In this document: in pieces, positions 24,101 through 33,014 of the stretch
How the letters are laid out: every line of letters starts with the position of its first letter
Numbering within the stretch: the first letter of the stretch is position 1
Assembly (NCBI GenBank): GCA_963674735.2
Contig: CAXXQS010000001.1
Location: 352,001-416,000, forward strand
DNA length: 64,000 nucleotides
Source: Myxococcota bacterium
GTDB taxonomy: Bacteria > Myxococcota_A > SURF-8
Reading direction: 5' to 3'
The notes under the pieces: model-generated
The model's input: the letters and a program-made list of their open reading frames with translations, nothing else
What the model was told of the DNA's origin: nothing
Databases searched by the model: none
Position numbers and translations under genes: made by a program

Positions 24101-24580
24101 ATGAACGAAATGCTGGCCAATCGCTACCTGTTAAACGGAGACCTCAAGCGCGCCATCGACGGCTATCGCCGCTTGCTGGCCGAGTGTCCCGACAGCGAAT
24201 CGGCACGTTGCCGACTGGTGCTGGCGTGTTTGGCCGAAGGGCGATTGGAAGAGGCGGCCGGTGAATTGAACGGCATGATTCGCAAAGCGGGTCTGGATGC
24301 GCTCGGCTGTCTTGAAAACAACAGCGAGCCGTTTCTCGCCCAGGTGATGCTCAGCGCCGATACGCCCATGACAAAAGGGCTGGGCCTGCTACTCAGCGGC
24401 GACCTGCAACGGGCTCTTTTCATGCTGAATAACGACAATCTGGCGGGTTTTCCCGCCGTGACCGATCTGCGCAGGCAGTTGGCCGACTTGGCGCGGGGTC
24501 TTAACGCATCCACGCACAACGACGACGACGCTGCCGAAAGCGATCGTGTCAATTCCTTATCGAACGAAAACCGTCAATGA
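24101..24580 (+). CDS. Small TPR-like protein
   Basis: GDLKRAIDGYRRLL..P..ARCRLVLACLAEGRLEEA TPR pattern; GGAG RBS. Confidence 0.75.
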   Translation: MNEMLANRYLLNGDLKRAIDGYRRLLAECPDSESARCRLVLACLAEGRLEEAAGELNGMIRKAGLDALGCLENNSEPFLAQVMLSADTPMTKGLGLLLSGDLQRALFMLNNDNLAGFPAVTDLRRQLADLARGLNASTHNDDDAAESDRVNSLSNENRQ

Positions 24581-24595
24581 AAATGGAGGTGTGCT

Positions 24596-25279
24596 ATGTC
24601 ATTACTACGTGAAGAAGATCGTCAAACCTTGATTCGAGAATTCGAAGGGCTGACTCGTTCCGTGCAGCTTTTGTTCTTCAGTCGCGAGACCGATTGCACG
24701 CATTGCGGCGAGACGCGCCAGGTGCTCGACGAACTGAGCGGTTTATCCGAGCGGATTACGGTGAAGGAAGTGTCTTTCGAAGAGGAGCGGGAGACCGCCG
24801 GCAAGTATCGCATAGACAAAGTCCCGGCGATTGTGGTATCGGATGAGAATGGAACGGATACAGGCGTCCGCTTTTTCGGCATCCCGGCCGGGTACGAGTT
24901 TGTCAGTCTGGTCGGTGCGGTGAAAGATGCGGGCAGCGGTGCGGTGGAACTCTCCCCGGCCGTGCAGGAGCAGGTACGCAGGATCGAAGATCCGGTACAC
25001 ATTCAGGTGTTTGTCACTCCCTCCTGCCCGTATTGTCCCGCTGCGGTGCGGCTTGCGCACCAGATGGCGCTGATCAATCCCAACATCACCGCCGATATGG
25101 TGGAGGCGACGGAATTTCCGCAGTTGGCCCAGCGTTACAATGTAAGAGGGGTGCCGCGCAGTGTGGTGAACGACGACTATCCGATCGAGGGTGCGGTGCC
25201 CGAACAGGCCTTCCTCGATACGGTTTTACGGGCGCTTGGAAAAGCCGAGACACCGATGCAAATGGCTGAACAGGCTTGA
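24596..25279 (+). CDS. Two-thioredoxin-fold protein disulfide oxidoreductase (PDO / AhpF-NTD-like)
   Basis: CTHC and CPYC motifs, RFFGIPAGYEF, GVPR cis-Pro. Confidence 0.9.
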   Translation: MSLLREEDRQTLIREFEGLTRSVQLLFFSRETDCTHCGETRQVLDELSGLSERITVKEVSFEEERETAGKYRIDKVPAIVVSDENGTDTGVRFFGIPAGYEFVSLVGAVKDAGSGAVELSPAVQEQVRRIEDPVHIQVFVTPSCPYCPAAVRLAHQMALINPNITADMVEATEFPQLAQRYNVRGVPRSVVNDDYPIEGAVPEQAFLDTVLRALGKAETPMQMAEQA

Positions 25280-25295
25280 AATTAGGAGGTGCACG

Positions 25296-25685
25296 ATGGG
25301 ATTCATGAAATGGTTGGGACTTGATGATTGCAAAAAAGAGCCGTTGGCGCTCAGTGACGATAATTTCAAACAGGAAGTGGCCCAGTCGGACGTTCCGGTG
25401 TTGGTGGATGTGTGGTCTCAAGGCTGCCAGCCCTGTGCGACCCTGGCCCCGACGATCATGCGTCTGGCCTGCAAATACGAGGGCCAACTCAAGGTAACCC
25501 AGCTCAACACCGGTGCGGCCCCCAAGACCATGTCGCGTCTGGGAGTACGGGGAACGCCGACCGTCCTGTTCTTCAAAAACGGGCAGATCATCGAGCGGGT
25601 GGTGGGCGTGCGCGGTCAGCATTATTACGAGGATATCATCGAAAACGATCTGCTGGAATTGACCGACGACCAGCCGAGCAACTGA
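25296..25685 (+). CDS. Thioredoxin family protein
   Basis: VLVDVWSQGCQPC, GTPT; AGGAGG RBS before ATG 25296. Confidence 0.9.
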   Translation: MGFMKWLGLDDCKKEPLALSDDNFKQEVAQSDVPVLVDVWSQGCQPCATLAPTIMRLACKYEGQLKVTQLNTGAAPKTMSRLGVRGTPTVLFFKNGQIIERVVGVRGQHYYEDIIENDLLELTDDQPSN

Positions 25686-25699
25686 GCGAGGAGAATGCG

Positions 25700-25879
25700 A
25701 TGAGTATGAACCGCAAGCGCTGGATCCGGTTGGGGATCGGCGCGGGAATCGGAGCCGGGATCGGCTTGGCCTACTATCTTTTTATCGGCTGCGAGTCGGG
25801 CGGCTGCCCGATCACCTCGAATCCCTATCTGACCACCGCCTATGGGGCCGTGTTCGGAGCGGTGATGACCGGCGTTTAG
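25700..25879 (+). CDS. Small two-TM protein, DUF6132-like (GCxxGxCPITS motif)
   Basis: MSMNRKRWIRLGIGAGIGAGIGLAYYLFIGCESGGCPITSNPYLTTAYGAVFG; GAGGAG RBS. Confidence 0.8.
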   Translation: MSMNRKRWIRLGIGAGIGAGIGLAYYLFIGCESGGCPITSNPYLTTAYGAVFGAVMTGV

Positions 25880-25897
25880 ACGCGAAAGGAACGGACC

Positions 25898-27079
25898 ATG
25901 GATTTCAGTTGGGCCGGATTGTTCGGGGCGGGACTGGTGACCTTCGTCACGCCCTGCGTGCTACCGCTCATCCCCATTTACCTGTCGGCGCTCATCGGCG
26001 GCGACATCCGTGAACTGGGCCGGGGCGTGGCCGGTCGCGGGGCGTTGATGACGCGCGCCTTCGCCTTTTCGGGCGGCTTCTTGCTGGTGTTTATCGTCCT
26101 GGGCATGACCGCCTCGGCGTTGGGCGGCTTTTTATCCTCCAACCAGGGGGCGCTCCGGCTTTTGGGCGGCATTCTGATTTTGCTGTTCGGCTTGAAATTT
26201 CTCGGCCTGATCCACATCCCTTTGTTCGATCGCATCGTGCGTGGCGACGACCGCAAGCTGCAGACGCGCTACGGCTTGTTCAACGCATTTGTCATGGGTG
26301 TCGTGTTCGCGGCGGGCTGGTCGCCCTGCGTGGGACCGGTTTTGGGATCGGTGCTGACCTACACGGCTTCCACCACGTCCAGCCCCTTGACGGGCGCCGC
26401 CTACCTGGGTGTTTACGGACTGGGATTCGCCGTGCCGCTTTTGTTGACGGCTTTGTTCGCCGAGGCGGGCGTGCGGCTGCTCAAGCGCATCAACCCCTAT
26501 CTGCCGCGCATCGAAAAGGCCGTGGGCGCGCTGATGCTGATCATCGCCGCCTCCTTCATTTTCGGAACCGGGCAGCCGGCGGCTTCTCCAGGAGTCGCTG
26601 GCGAATCGGTGGCGGTGGCCGACACCTTGAATTGTCAGCCGGAAGACCGCCTGCCGGTGATGGTGGAATTCTACTCGGCCGATTGCAGCATTTGCAAGCG
26701 TATGGCCCCGTTGGTGGACGGCATCGCCGGTCAGTGTCACGGCAACAAGGTGCTGGTGCGCCAGATCGACGTGTCGCAGCCGGAGAACCGGCATTACCTC
26801 GAAGCTCATCGCCTGGTGGGCGTGCCGACCTTCGTCTTTTTCGACGCGGAGGAGCAGGAGGTGGCGCGGCTGGTGGGCGAGCAGTCCGAGTCGTCGCTGC
26901 GTCAGGCGCTGTCGGTTTTGCGCGGCGAGCCTTGTCCCGGTTTGGGTGCGCTGCCGGGTACGCCGTCTGCGGATTTCCCGGTTGACGATGCGCCCCCGGT
27001 GGTCTGCGGGACTGGCGCCAAAGACGCCAAGGAGCCCGGCGTGGCCTGCGACACCCCCGATACCCCGGATACCCCGTAG
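25898..27079 (+). CDS. CcdA (DsbD-beta-like) fused to a periplasmic thioredoxin domain
   Basis: TPCVLPLIPIY and GWSPCVGP CcdA cysteines; C-terminal EFYSADCSIC and GVPTF. Confidence 0.9.
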   Translation: MDFSWAGLFGAGLVTFVTPCVLPLIPIYLSALIGGDIRELGRGVAGRGALMTRAFAFSGGFLLVFIVLGMTASALGGFLSSNQGALRLLGGILILLFGLKFLGLIHIPLFDRIVRGDDRKLQTRYGLFNAFVMGVVFAAGWSPCVGPVLGSVLTYTASTTSSPLTGAAYLGVYGLGFAVPLLLTALFAEAGVRLLKRINPYLPRIEKAVGALMLIIAASFIFGTGQPAASPGVAGESVAVADTLNCQPEDRLPVMVEFYSADCSICKRMAPLVDGIAGQCHGNKVLVRQIDVSQPENRHYLEAHRLVGVPTFVFFDAEEQEVARLVGEQSESSLRQALSVLRGEPCPGLGALPGTPSADFPVDDAPPVVCGTGAKDAKEPGVACDTPDTPDTP

Positions 27080-27130
27080 GAGGGCGTTTCAATTCTGATT
27101 GAGTCTCGAATCATCTTCGATCGATGATGG

Positions 27131-27177
27131 GTGGCACGGGCTAAACCCCGTGTTGGAGCGCGTCTCCGACGGGCTCC
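27131..27177 (+). repeat. REP-like hairpin doublet
   Basis: GTGG-CACGGG-N6-CCCGTG overlapping GTTGGAGCGCGTCTCCGACGGGCTCC (27152-27177). Confidence 0.75.
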
Positions 27178-27260
27178 AGCGTTGCTGCCCGGCTACAATG
27201 AGGTATATGCAGCTGGCACTGGAGGTCAAACGGGATGCGGTTATGGGGTTGGATGGGTAG

Positions 27261-28145
27261 TTAAATTGCAGTTCGGGCAATTAAATAGTTTACGAAAGCG
27301 GAACAGGCGACCAGCATATATTTTGCATCCTCATATCGGGCAGTTGATTCACCCATCAAGGCATGTCTGATTCCACTATCATCACTTGTATAGCCATATA
27401 AATTCTCGAATCCAGATTTTAATGCAGGATGTAGTGTAAGGATATTTTGCTTTTGCAGTTCATTCAAGGCTGGTTTTAGTCCGCCGTTCTTTTTCCCCGA
27501 AAGGATATTGGATATGGATTCTACTGCACTTATTGATTCTTTGATACTGTTGCGGTAATCAGGGTTTTCACGATCCGAAAGCATTTGCACTGCACTTGAA
27601 AGGTGCTCTTTTGCAGGGCTGAAAAAATTGCTGGATGTTGCAGATAACCCCTCTTCTACTTCTGCGATTTCAGTTCTATCTGTTATTGGGACAAACTGGT
27701 TCTCAATGAATCGATACCCCGAATTCTCCCTTTCGAGGGTAGTGTTCAGGTATTCTAATGCAGCCTCATTATTTTCCACCCAACCAATCTTGAAAACAAA
27801 TTCTAAAAAATCATAGATTTTATACCACTCTGCATTCCTAAAAAACCAAACTCGTATGAAATCATATACTAATTGATTCGTATTTGGAATTGAATCGATA
27901 GGTTGTTTAAAGAAATCATGCCATAGGTGTTGGAAATATTTCGAGTATTGACGTCTATTGTAATCGGTTGTGCTTCCTCCAATAACACTACTAGATACTT
28001 TTGTATAAGGATGGGTGCTCATCGATGTAAACACATATTGTGTAAAGAAATCCCATAACCCATTTCTTAGAGGACCATTAATATTATCTATTTGGAAAAT
28101 ATTTGATGGCTTGACAAGTCTCATTCTTTCAGAAAAACTACTCAT
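27261..28145 (-). CDS. AbiJ-NTD4-like protein with C-terminal HEPN-like domain (candidate defence/abortive infection)
   Basis: FSER..LRNGLW, WYKIYDFLE, YRNSIKESISAVE, LYGYTSD..GIRHA, MLVACSAFVNYL; visibly AT-rich versus flanks. Confidence 0.75.
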   Translation of the reverse strand: MSSFSERMRLVKPSNIFQIDNINGPLRNGLWDFFTQYVFTSMSTHPYTKVSSSVIGGSTTDYNRRQYSKYFQHLWHDFFKQPIDSIPNTNQLVYDFIRVWFFRNAEWYKIYDFLEFVFKIGWVENNEAALEYLNTTLERENSGYRFIENQFVPITDRTEIAEVEEGLSATSSNFFSPAKEHLSSAVQMLSDRENPDYRNSIKESISAVESISNILSGKKNGGLKPALNELQKQNILTLHPALKSGFENLYGYTSDDSGIRHALMGESTARYEDAKYMLVACSAFVNYLIARTAI

Positions 28146-28241
28146 TAAATCTCTACTGACCTCCGAACTTGGAATTTCCTAGGCACTATTTAGTCACACA
28201 TCAAAATAACATTCATAAACATATGATATCATAAAGCAAAA

Positions 28242-28258
28242 TGGTGGAGGTGGGGGAG
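28242..28258 (-). other. tmRNA/tRNA-Ala-like 3' end fragment (possible att remnant)
   Basis: Minus strand CTCCCCCACCTCCACCA; no 5' half found upstream. Confidence 0.4.
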
Positions 28259-28622
28259 ATCTTGCCTAGCGTCGTGTGCACCTCATATCCAGGCGATAGC
28301 AACACCCCGGCGAAACTCTGTCGCCTCCATGCAAAGAGCCGTAATCATGTTATTATTAAAACGATTAGCGGCGAAAGTCAATTGTCCCGTGCGAAATTAT
28401 TCGCTGGAGCCGTAAAGGAGTAGTTCGGATAATTTGTCATCCGCTATGCTCTAAAAACAAGCTCGCTCAATAAAGGCTACAAAATTCGCTCATCCCGGTG
28501 TTGCCTTTTGACAAACGGCGTATCGAGGGAGTTTTCGAACCACTTTCACTTCGCAAAATCACTCAGGCTGAGGGAACATACCATGAATCCCGGTCCCGCT
28601 CTCGTTGGAGGACGCCTTCCCT

Positions 28623-30338
28623 CTATTCGGCTCGGCTGATGCGGCCGTCGATTTCCTGGGTGATGGGTGAGTGCGCGGTGATGTAGCGGGTGACGGCTTC
28701 GCTGAGCAGCATGCCGAAATCGTAGGGTGCCACCGCCCCATCGGCCAACATTTCGTAGCCGTCGCCGCCTTGACGAATATAGCCATTGGTGGCAACGCGG
28801 TAGCTGGCGTCCAAATCCAATTCGACGAAGCCGCTTTCGTAGTTTCCGATTTCAACGCTTACCACGCGCGCGCCCGTCTCCATTGCCGGATCCCACAGCA
28901 AGCGCATGCCCGCAACTTGGAGGAAACGTCCCGTTCCGTCGCTGTCCGGGTCGGTGGCCACACTCACGCCGTATTCGATGGCATCGAGCAAGGTCTGGCC
29001 GTTCACTTCGAATGTCGAAATCGAGTTGCCGAAGGGGAGCGTGGTGTAAATTTCGGCCAGGCTGATATCGCCGATATCGATCCCGGCGCGGATGTTTCCG
29101 GAATTGATGAAGGCCAGCTCGACGTCATCGCCGGCCGTCTGCCACAGCATCGCCTCGGCGATAAGGTCGCCGAGATTGCATTCGTGAAATCGGCAAACGT
29201 CCCGGTCGCCGACGAGTTCGACTGCGCTTTGACCCACGATCGTGTTCTCGAAGCTTGCCAGAGCCTGCGCCATCGTTTCGACGAGAGCGCGGGTTTCGGC
29301 ATCCTCGGCGATGCCGGAGTTCATCCAAACGGTTTCGCCGCTCCATTGCTCGGGAATCAGAACGCCCTGCGCATCGAAGACGACATCGAGTCGGCCCATG
29401 TATTCTCCGTACTGCCCGGCCATGCCGATCAACACGGGCTCGCCGCTTGCGCTTTCGGTCACGAGGGGATAGGGCCCCGCGCGGTCGAGTTCCGGGTCGT
29501 TGGAAAGCAGACTGTGCGAGTGTCCGCCGATGATGATATCGATACCCGACAGTTGCGTGGCCAGCTCCTCGTCGCGGTCGAGACCGAGATGCGTGAGGGC
29601 AATGATGACGCGAACGCCTTGGTCCTCCAGGGAATCGATGGCCGCCTGGGCGGAAACGACGACGTCCTGAAATACGATCGCGTCACTGGGGCTGGACAGG
29701 GAGGCGGTCGACTCGGTGGTCAGGCCGAGGATGCCGACATGCACGCCGTCGATTTCGCGAATGAGAGTCGGTTGCAGCTTTTGTTTTAGCGCCGAATCGC
29801 CCGCATCGATGTTGGTGGCGACCATCGGAAAATCGAGTTGATCGATGAAGTCGGCCAGAACCTGCGGCCCGTCGTCGAACTCGTGATTGCCGGGAACCAT
29901 GGCGTCGTAGCGCTGCCGATTCATGAAGGTATAGGCTTCTTCTCCCTTGAACAAGTTGTAGAACAGCGTGCCCTGAAAGCGGTCTCCGGCATCGACGAGC
30001 AGCACGTGGTCCTCTTCCGCTCGCACGTTGGCGATATAGGTTGCGTGTCTGGCCACGCCGCCGAAGCAATTTCCCCCGGCGCTTTCGTCTTCGTCGCATT
30101 CCCCGTAATACGAATCGAAGCCCTCGATGTGGGCGTGTACGTCGTTGCTGTGCAGCAGGGTGAAGCTGACGGGCGTGTCGCTGGCGAAGTCCGACTCGTC
30201 GTCGATTTCGGATTCGCGATCCGCATCCACATCACGATCCGAATCGCCATCCATATCGACGTCCGCCTCTCCGCTGCAGGCGAGAAAACCGAATGACAGA
30301 AAGGCGGAAAGACAGAATAGACAGAGGACTCGATGCAT
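28623..30338 (-). CDS. 5'-nucleotidase (UshA-like metallophosphoesterase) lipoprotein
   Basis: FLAC lipobox, LHSNDVH, DAGD, GNHEFD, ALTH, GGHSH, NSGNIR, PFGN, FLQVAG, GGDGY. Confidence 0.93.
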   Translation of the reverse strand: MHRVLCLFCLSAFLSFGFLACSGEADVDMDGDSDRDVDADRESEIDDESDFASDTPVSFTLLHSNDVHAHIEGFDSYYGECDEDESAGGNCFGGVARHATYIANVRAEEDHVLLVDAGDRFQGTLFYNLFKGEEAYTFMNRQRYDAMVPGNHEFDDGPQVLADFIDQLDFPMVATNIDAGDSALKQKLQPTLIREIDGVHVGILGLTTESTASLSSPSDAIVFQDVVVSAQAAIDSLEDQGVRVIIALTHLGLDRDEELATQLSGIDIIIGGHSHSLLSNDPELDRAGPYPLVTESASGEPVLIGMAGQYGEYMGRLDVVFDAQGVLIPEQWSGETVWMNSGIAEDAETRALVETMAQALASFENTIVGQSAVELVGDRDVCRFHECNLGDLIAEAMLWQTAGDDVELAFINSGNIRAGIDIGDISLAEIYTTLPFGNSISTFEVNGQTLLDAIEYGVSVATDPDSDGTGRFLQVAGMRLLWDPAMETGARVVSVEIGNYESGFVELDLDASYRVATNGYIRQGGDGYEMLADGAVAPYDFGMLLSEAVTRYITAHSPITQEIDGRISRAE

Positions 30339-30483
30339 GGTTTTCACCTGACCGTAATGTTTTACGGGGGCATTATACCTGACGAGAACCGGGGAGCAAA
30401 GCCAATGGACAGCTATTGGGTGATGAAATGGAAAAAGAAAGGGCAAGGTGGTGTCCGTTTAGCAGGATGAGAAAAACCCCAAT

Positions 30484-30643
30484 GTTGGAGCGCGTCTCGG
30501 ACGGTATGGTCAGGGCTCCCTCGATACGCGCTTTGCGCGACTCGGGACGAGCGGGGCTTGTCACAGGCAAGCAGCCGTAGGAGGGGCAACTTGTTGCCCA
30601 GCGCTTGGGTAATCCGTGTTGGAGCGCGTCTCCGACGGGCTCC
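30484..30643 (+). repeat. Cluster of REP-like hairpins (BIME-like)
   Basis: Partial copy 30484-30504, GTAG..GGGCAAC-TT-GTTGCCC 30577-30599, full copy 30618-30643 identical to 27152-27177. Confidence 0.75.
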
Positions 30644-30801
30644 CGATCTTGTGCTTTTCATCTTTACACAGAGTCAGAAACCGGGCCCAAGCTGCAATTT
30701 CGCCCGCCGCACCGAATTCAGGAATATCCGCCTCTGTTTTCCGCTCTTTCCAGCATGTCTGATTGAAATAAATAACCGAACGTTCGATAAAGGAGGCTGT
30801 C

Positions 30802-31437
30802 ATGCATAACACCATCGAAATCGGTAAGCACACGTTACCGTCGCTGCCGTATTCCTACGATGCCCTGGAGCCTTTCATCGATGCCAAAACGATGGAACTG
30901 CACCACAACAAGCATCATCAGGCCTACGTCAACGGACTCAACGCCGCCGAGTTGGCCCTGCGGGAAGCCCGCGACAAGGAAAACTTCAGCTCCATCGCCG
31001 CCTTGGAACGCGCCATCGCCTTTCACGGCAGCGGTCACAACAACCACCTCATTTTTTGGAGCAACATGAACGCCAAAGGGCTGGCGAAAACCGCTCCGGA
31101 AGGCAATTTGGCCGACGCGATCAATCGTGATTTCGGCAGTTTGAACAACTTACGGGCCCAGTTCAACGCCACCTCCGCCACCGTCGAAGGCAACGGCTGG
31201 GGCGTTTTGGCCTATCATCCCGGCTTCAATCGGCTCTACACCTTGTCGGTTTTGAACCATCAGAATCTGTCGGTTACCGGCGCGATTCCGCTTTTGATGC
31301 TGGATGTCTGGGAGCACGCCTATTACCTGAATTATCAAAATCGACGTCCCGATTACATCGCCAACTGGTGGAACGTGGTCGACTGGAAGAACGTCGAAGA
31401 GCGCTTCGCCACCGCGACCAAGCTCGTTACCGGTTAA
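30802..31437 (+). CDS. Fe/Mn superoxide dismutase
   Basis: LPYSYDALEP, HHNKHHQAY, GHNNH, DVWEHAYY. Confidence 0.96.
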   Translation: MHNTIEIGKHTLPSLPYSYDALEPFIDAKTMELHHNKHHQAYVNGLNAAELALREARDKENFSSIAALERAIAFHGSGHNNHLIFWSNMNAKGLAKTAPEGNLADAINRDFGSLNNLRAQFNATSATVEGNGWGVLAYHPGFNRLYTLSVLNHQNLSVTGAIPLLMLDVWEHAYYLNYQNRRPDYIANWWNVVDWKNVEERFATATKLVTG

Positions 31438-31457
31438 CCCAAGCGCTTTCGCTTTCG

Positions 31458-31489
31458 AAGGCTCCCCGACGTGGGAGCCTTTTCTTTTT
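31458..31489 (+). terminator. Intrinsic terminator of the SOD gene
   Basis: AAGGCTCCC-N6-GGGAGCCTT plus T-rich tail. Confidence 0.85.
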
Positions 31490-31587
31490 CGGTACAGGGA
31501 TTCCCCCCTTTTCGCGCCATTGCCCTTGCTCTGCGTCCGCTTCTCCCTTATACTTCGGTCCGATCGGACCCGAACGCAGGAGGCGCT

Positions 31588-32493
31588 ATGTCCCTTTCCA
31601 GACGACGTTTTTGCCAGGCCGGTTTGACGACCTTGACCGCGGCGGGCTTGGCCTCACCGTTCTTAAGCGGCTGTGCAACCCTGCCGCGCCAGGCCCCGCG
31701 TATCCAAATCGACGACCTGCTGTCCCAGGGCGCGCGCGTGATGTGGGTGGCGGCGCATCCCGACGACGAATCGCTGGTGGGATCCATCATGGCCAAGTCG
31801 AGCCTGACCTACCACAACCCCCTCTATTTTCTCCTCCTGACGCATGGGGAAGGCGGGGAATGCTGTCGTCCGGAAGGCTGCGAACCCGATCTCGCCACGG
31901 TGCGCGCCGCCGAAATGCAGCAGGTGGCGGATCTTTACCGCGCCGAGTTGCAGATGGAGCGCTATTTCAATGCGTCGCTGCCGGTGGAGTCGTTCCCCAA
32001 GCGACACGAGATCGCGCGTCTATGGCAGGAAAAGCAGCCTCCCGACGCCCTGATCGCCACCGCCATTCGGCGCTTCAAACCGGATGTTCTGTTCACCTTC
32101 GATCCCCATCACGGCTTCACCGGACACCCGGAACATCAGCTCACCTCGCGTTTCAGCACGGCGGGCGTGCGGCTCGCCGCCGATGCGTCCCTCGACCTGG
32201 ACGGCTTGCCCGCGCATCGGGTGTCGCATGTGTATTTCGGATTGAATAAATATTGGATCTTCAAGCTGGCGCTGGCGGGCGACCCCGGACCGGTGACGGA
32301 AGTCTGGCCCGCCGATCAGCATTGCATCAACGGCTGGGAATGCCGCCGAATCATGGCGCGTTTTTCCAAGGCGCACCGCTCCCAAGACCGGGACATGGGC
32401 AACGTGCGCCGGTTTATCTGGCTGTTCGATTCGGTTTATCTACGTCGCACAAACCCCTTCACCGAGATCCTCGATCCCTTCGAAGAAGTATAA
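31588..32493 (+). CDS. PIG-L/LmbE family deacetylase with Tat-lipoprotein signal
   Basis: SRRRF...LSGC; AHPDDE, THGEGG, R..E, GHPEH; GGAGG RBS before ATG 31588. Confidence 0.88.
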   Translation: MSLSRRRFCQAGLTTLTAAGLASPFLSGCATLPRQAPRIQIDDLLSQGARVMWVAAHPDDESLVGSIMAKSSLTYHNPLYFLLLTHGEGGECCRPEGCEPDLATVRAAEMQQVADLYRAELQMERYFNASLPVESFPKRHEIARLWQEKQPPDALIATAIRRFKPDVLFTFDPHHGFTGHPEHQLTSRFSTAGVRLAADASLDLDGLPAHRVSHVYFGLNKYWIFKLALAGDPGPVTEVWPADQHCINGWECRRIMARFSKAHRSQDRDMGNVRRFIWLFDSVYLRRTNPFTEILDPFEEV

Positions 32494-32522
32494 AAAAGAG
32501 CCACGATCCGCCTTTCGGCGGA
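32492..32522 (-). terminator. Terminator hairpin between convergent genes
   Basis: Minus strand TCCGCC-GAAA-GGCGGA with downstream T-run. Confidence 0.6.
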
Positions 32523-32527
32523 GGCGC

Positions 32528-32875
32528 TCAGCAGCCCGAACAGCCACCCGACGAACAGTCGGCCGCCTGCGCGAGCGTCAGTTTGAAACCGGCGCCGCCC
32601 CAGGGATCCTGAACGAAATCGACGTTCAAGCCGCCTGCCGCGATAATCTGTTCTTGTAAGGGGGAATCGGCCAGAAGCGTGACCACACCATCCTGGAAAA
32701 CGATCTCATCTTCTTTCGGCTCATCCAGAGCCAGCCCCAAACGGGGCCCGCCTCAACCGGCGCCTGCGAAGACAATGCGGATCGCTTTGCCTTGGTGTTC
32801 TTCGTTCTCCAAAAAGCCTTTGAATTCGGCCAAGGAGCCCGGCGTGACGTTAATTTTACAGAGGGTGTCGACCAT
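32528..32875 (-). CDS. HesB/IscA-like selenoprotein (Sec at codon 41)
   Basis: ATG 32875 with GAGG RBS: MVDTLCKINVTPGSLAEFKGFLENEEHQGKAIRIVFAGAG-UGA(32755-32753)-GGPRLGLALDEP...GAGF...CSSGGCSGC; UGA aligns with Cys of paralog at 36507. Confidence 0.88.
32718..32732 (-). promoter_or_regulatory. Candidate bacterial SECIS hairpin
   Basis: GGCUC-UGGAU-GAGCC; loop begins at nt +26 after the UGA with G at loop position 2. Confidence 0.65.
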
Positions 32876-33014
32876 GTTGTTTCCTCGACTTTCGATGGAT
32901 GACCTGACACAACGTTCTGATTGTGATAATCGGCAAATCGGCTAATTAGTCAAGGACAAATCGCGTTTTTGTTAGCTTTTCATATCCGTATTCGTGCTTT
33001 TGATGGGATTGCGG

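Noticed and set aside
28242-28620. Full tmRNA or tRNA gene
   Set aside because: Only the last 17 nt resemble one; no TTCRA T-loop and no matching 5' acceptor strand upstream
32528-32530. Second Sec at the terminal UGA of the HesB-like gene
   Set aside because: Position matches the end of the Cys paralog and is followed by a terminator-like hairpin, so it reads as a true stop
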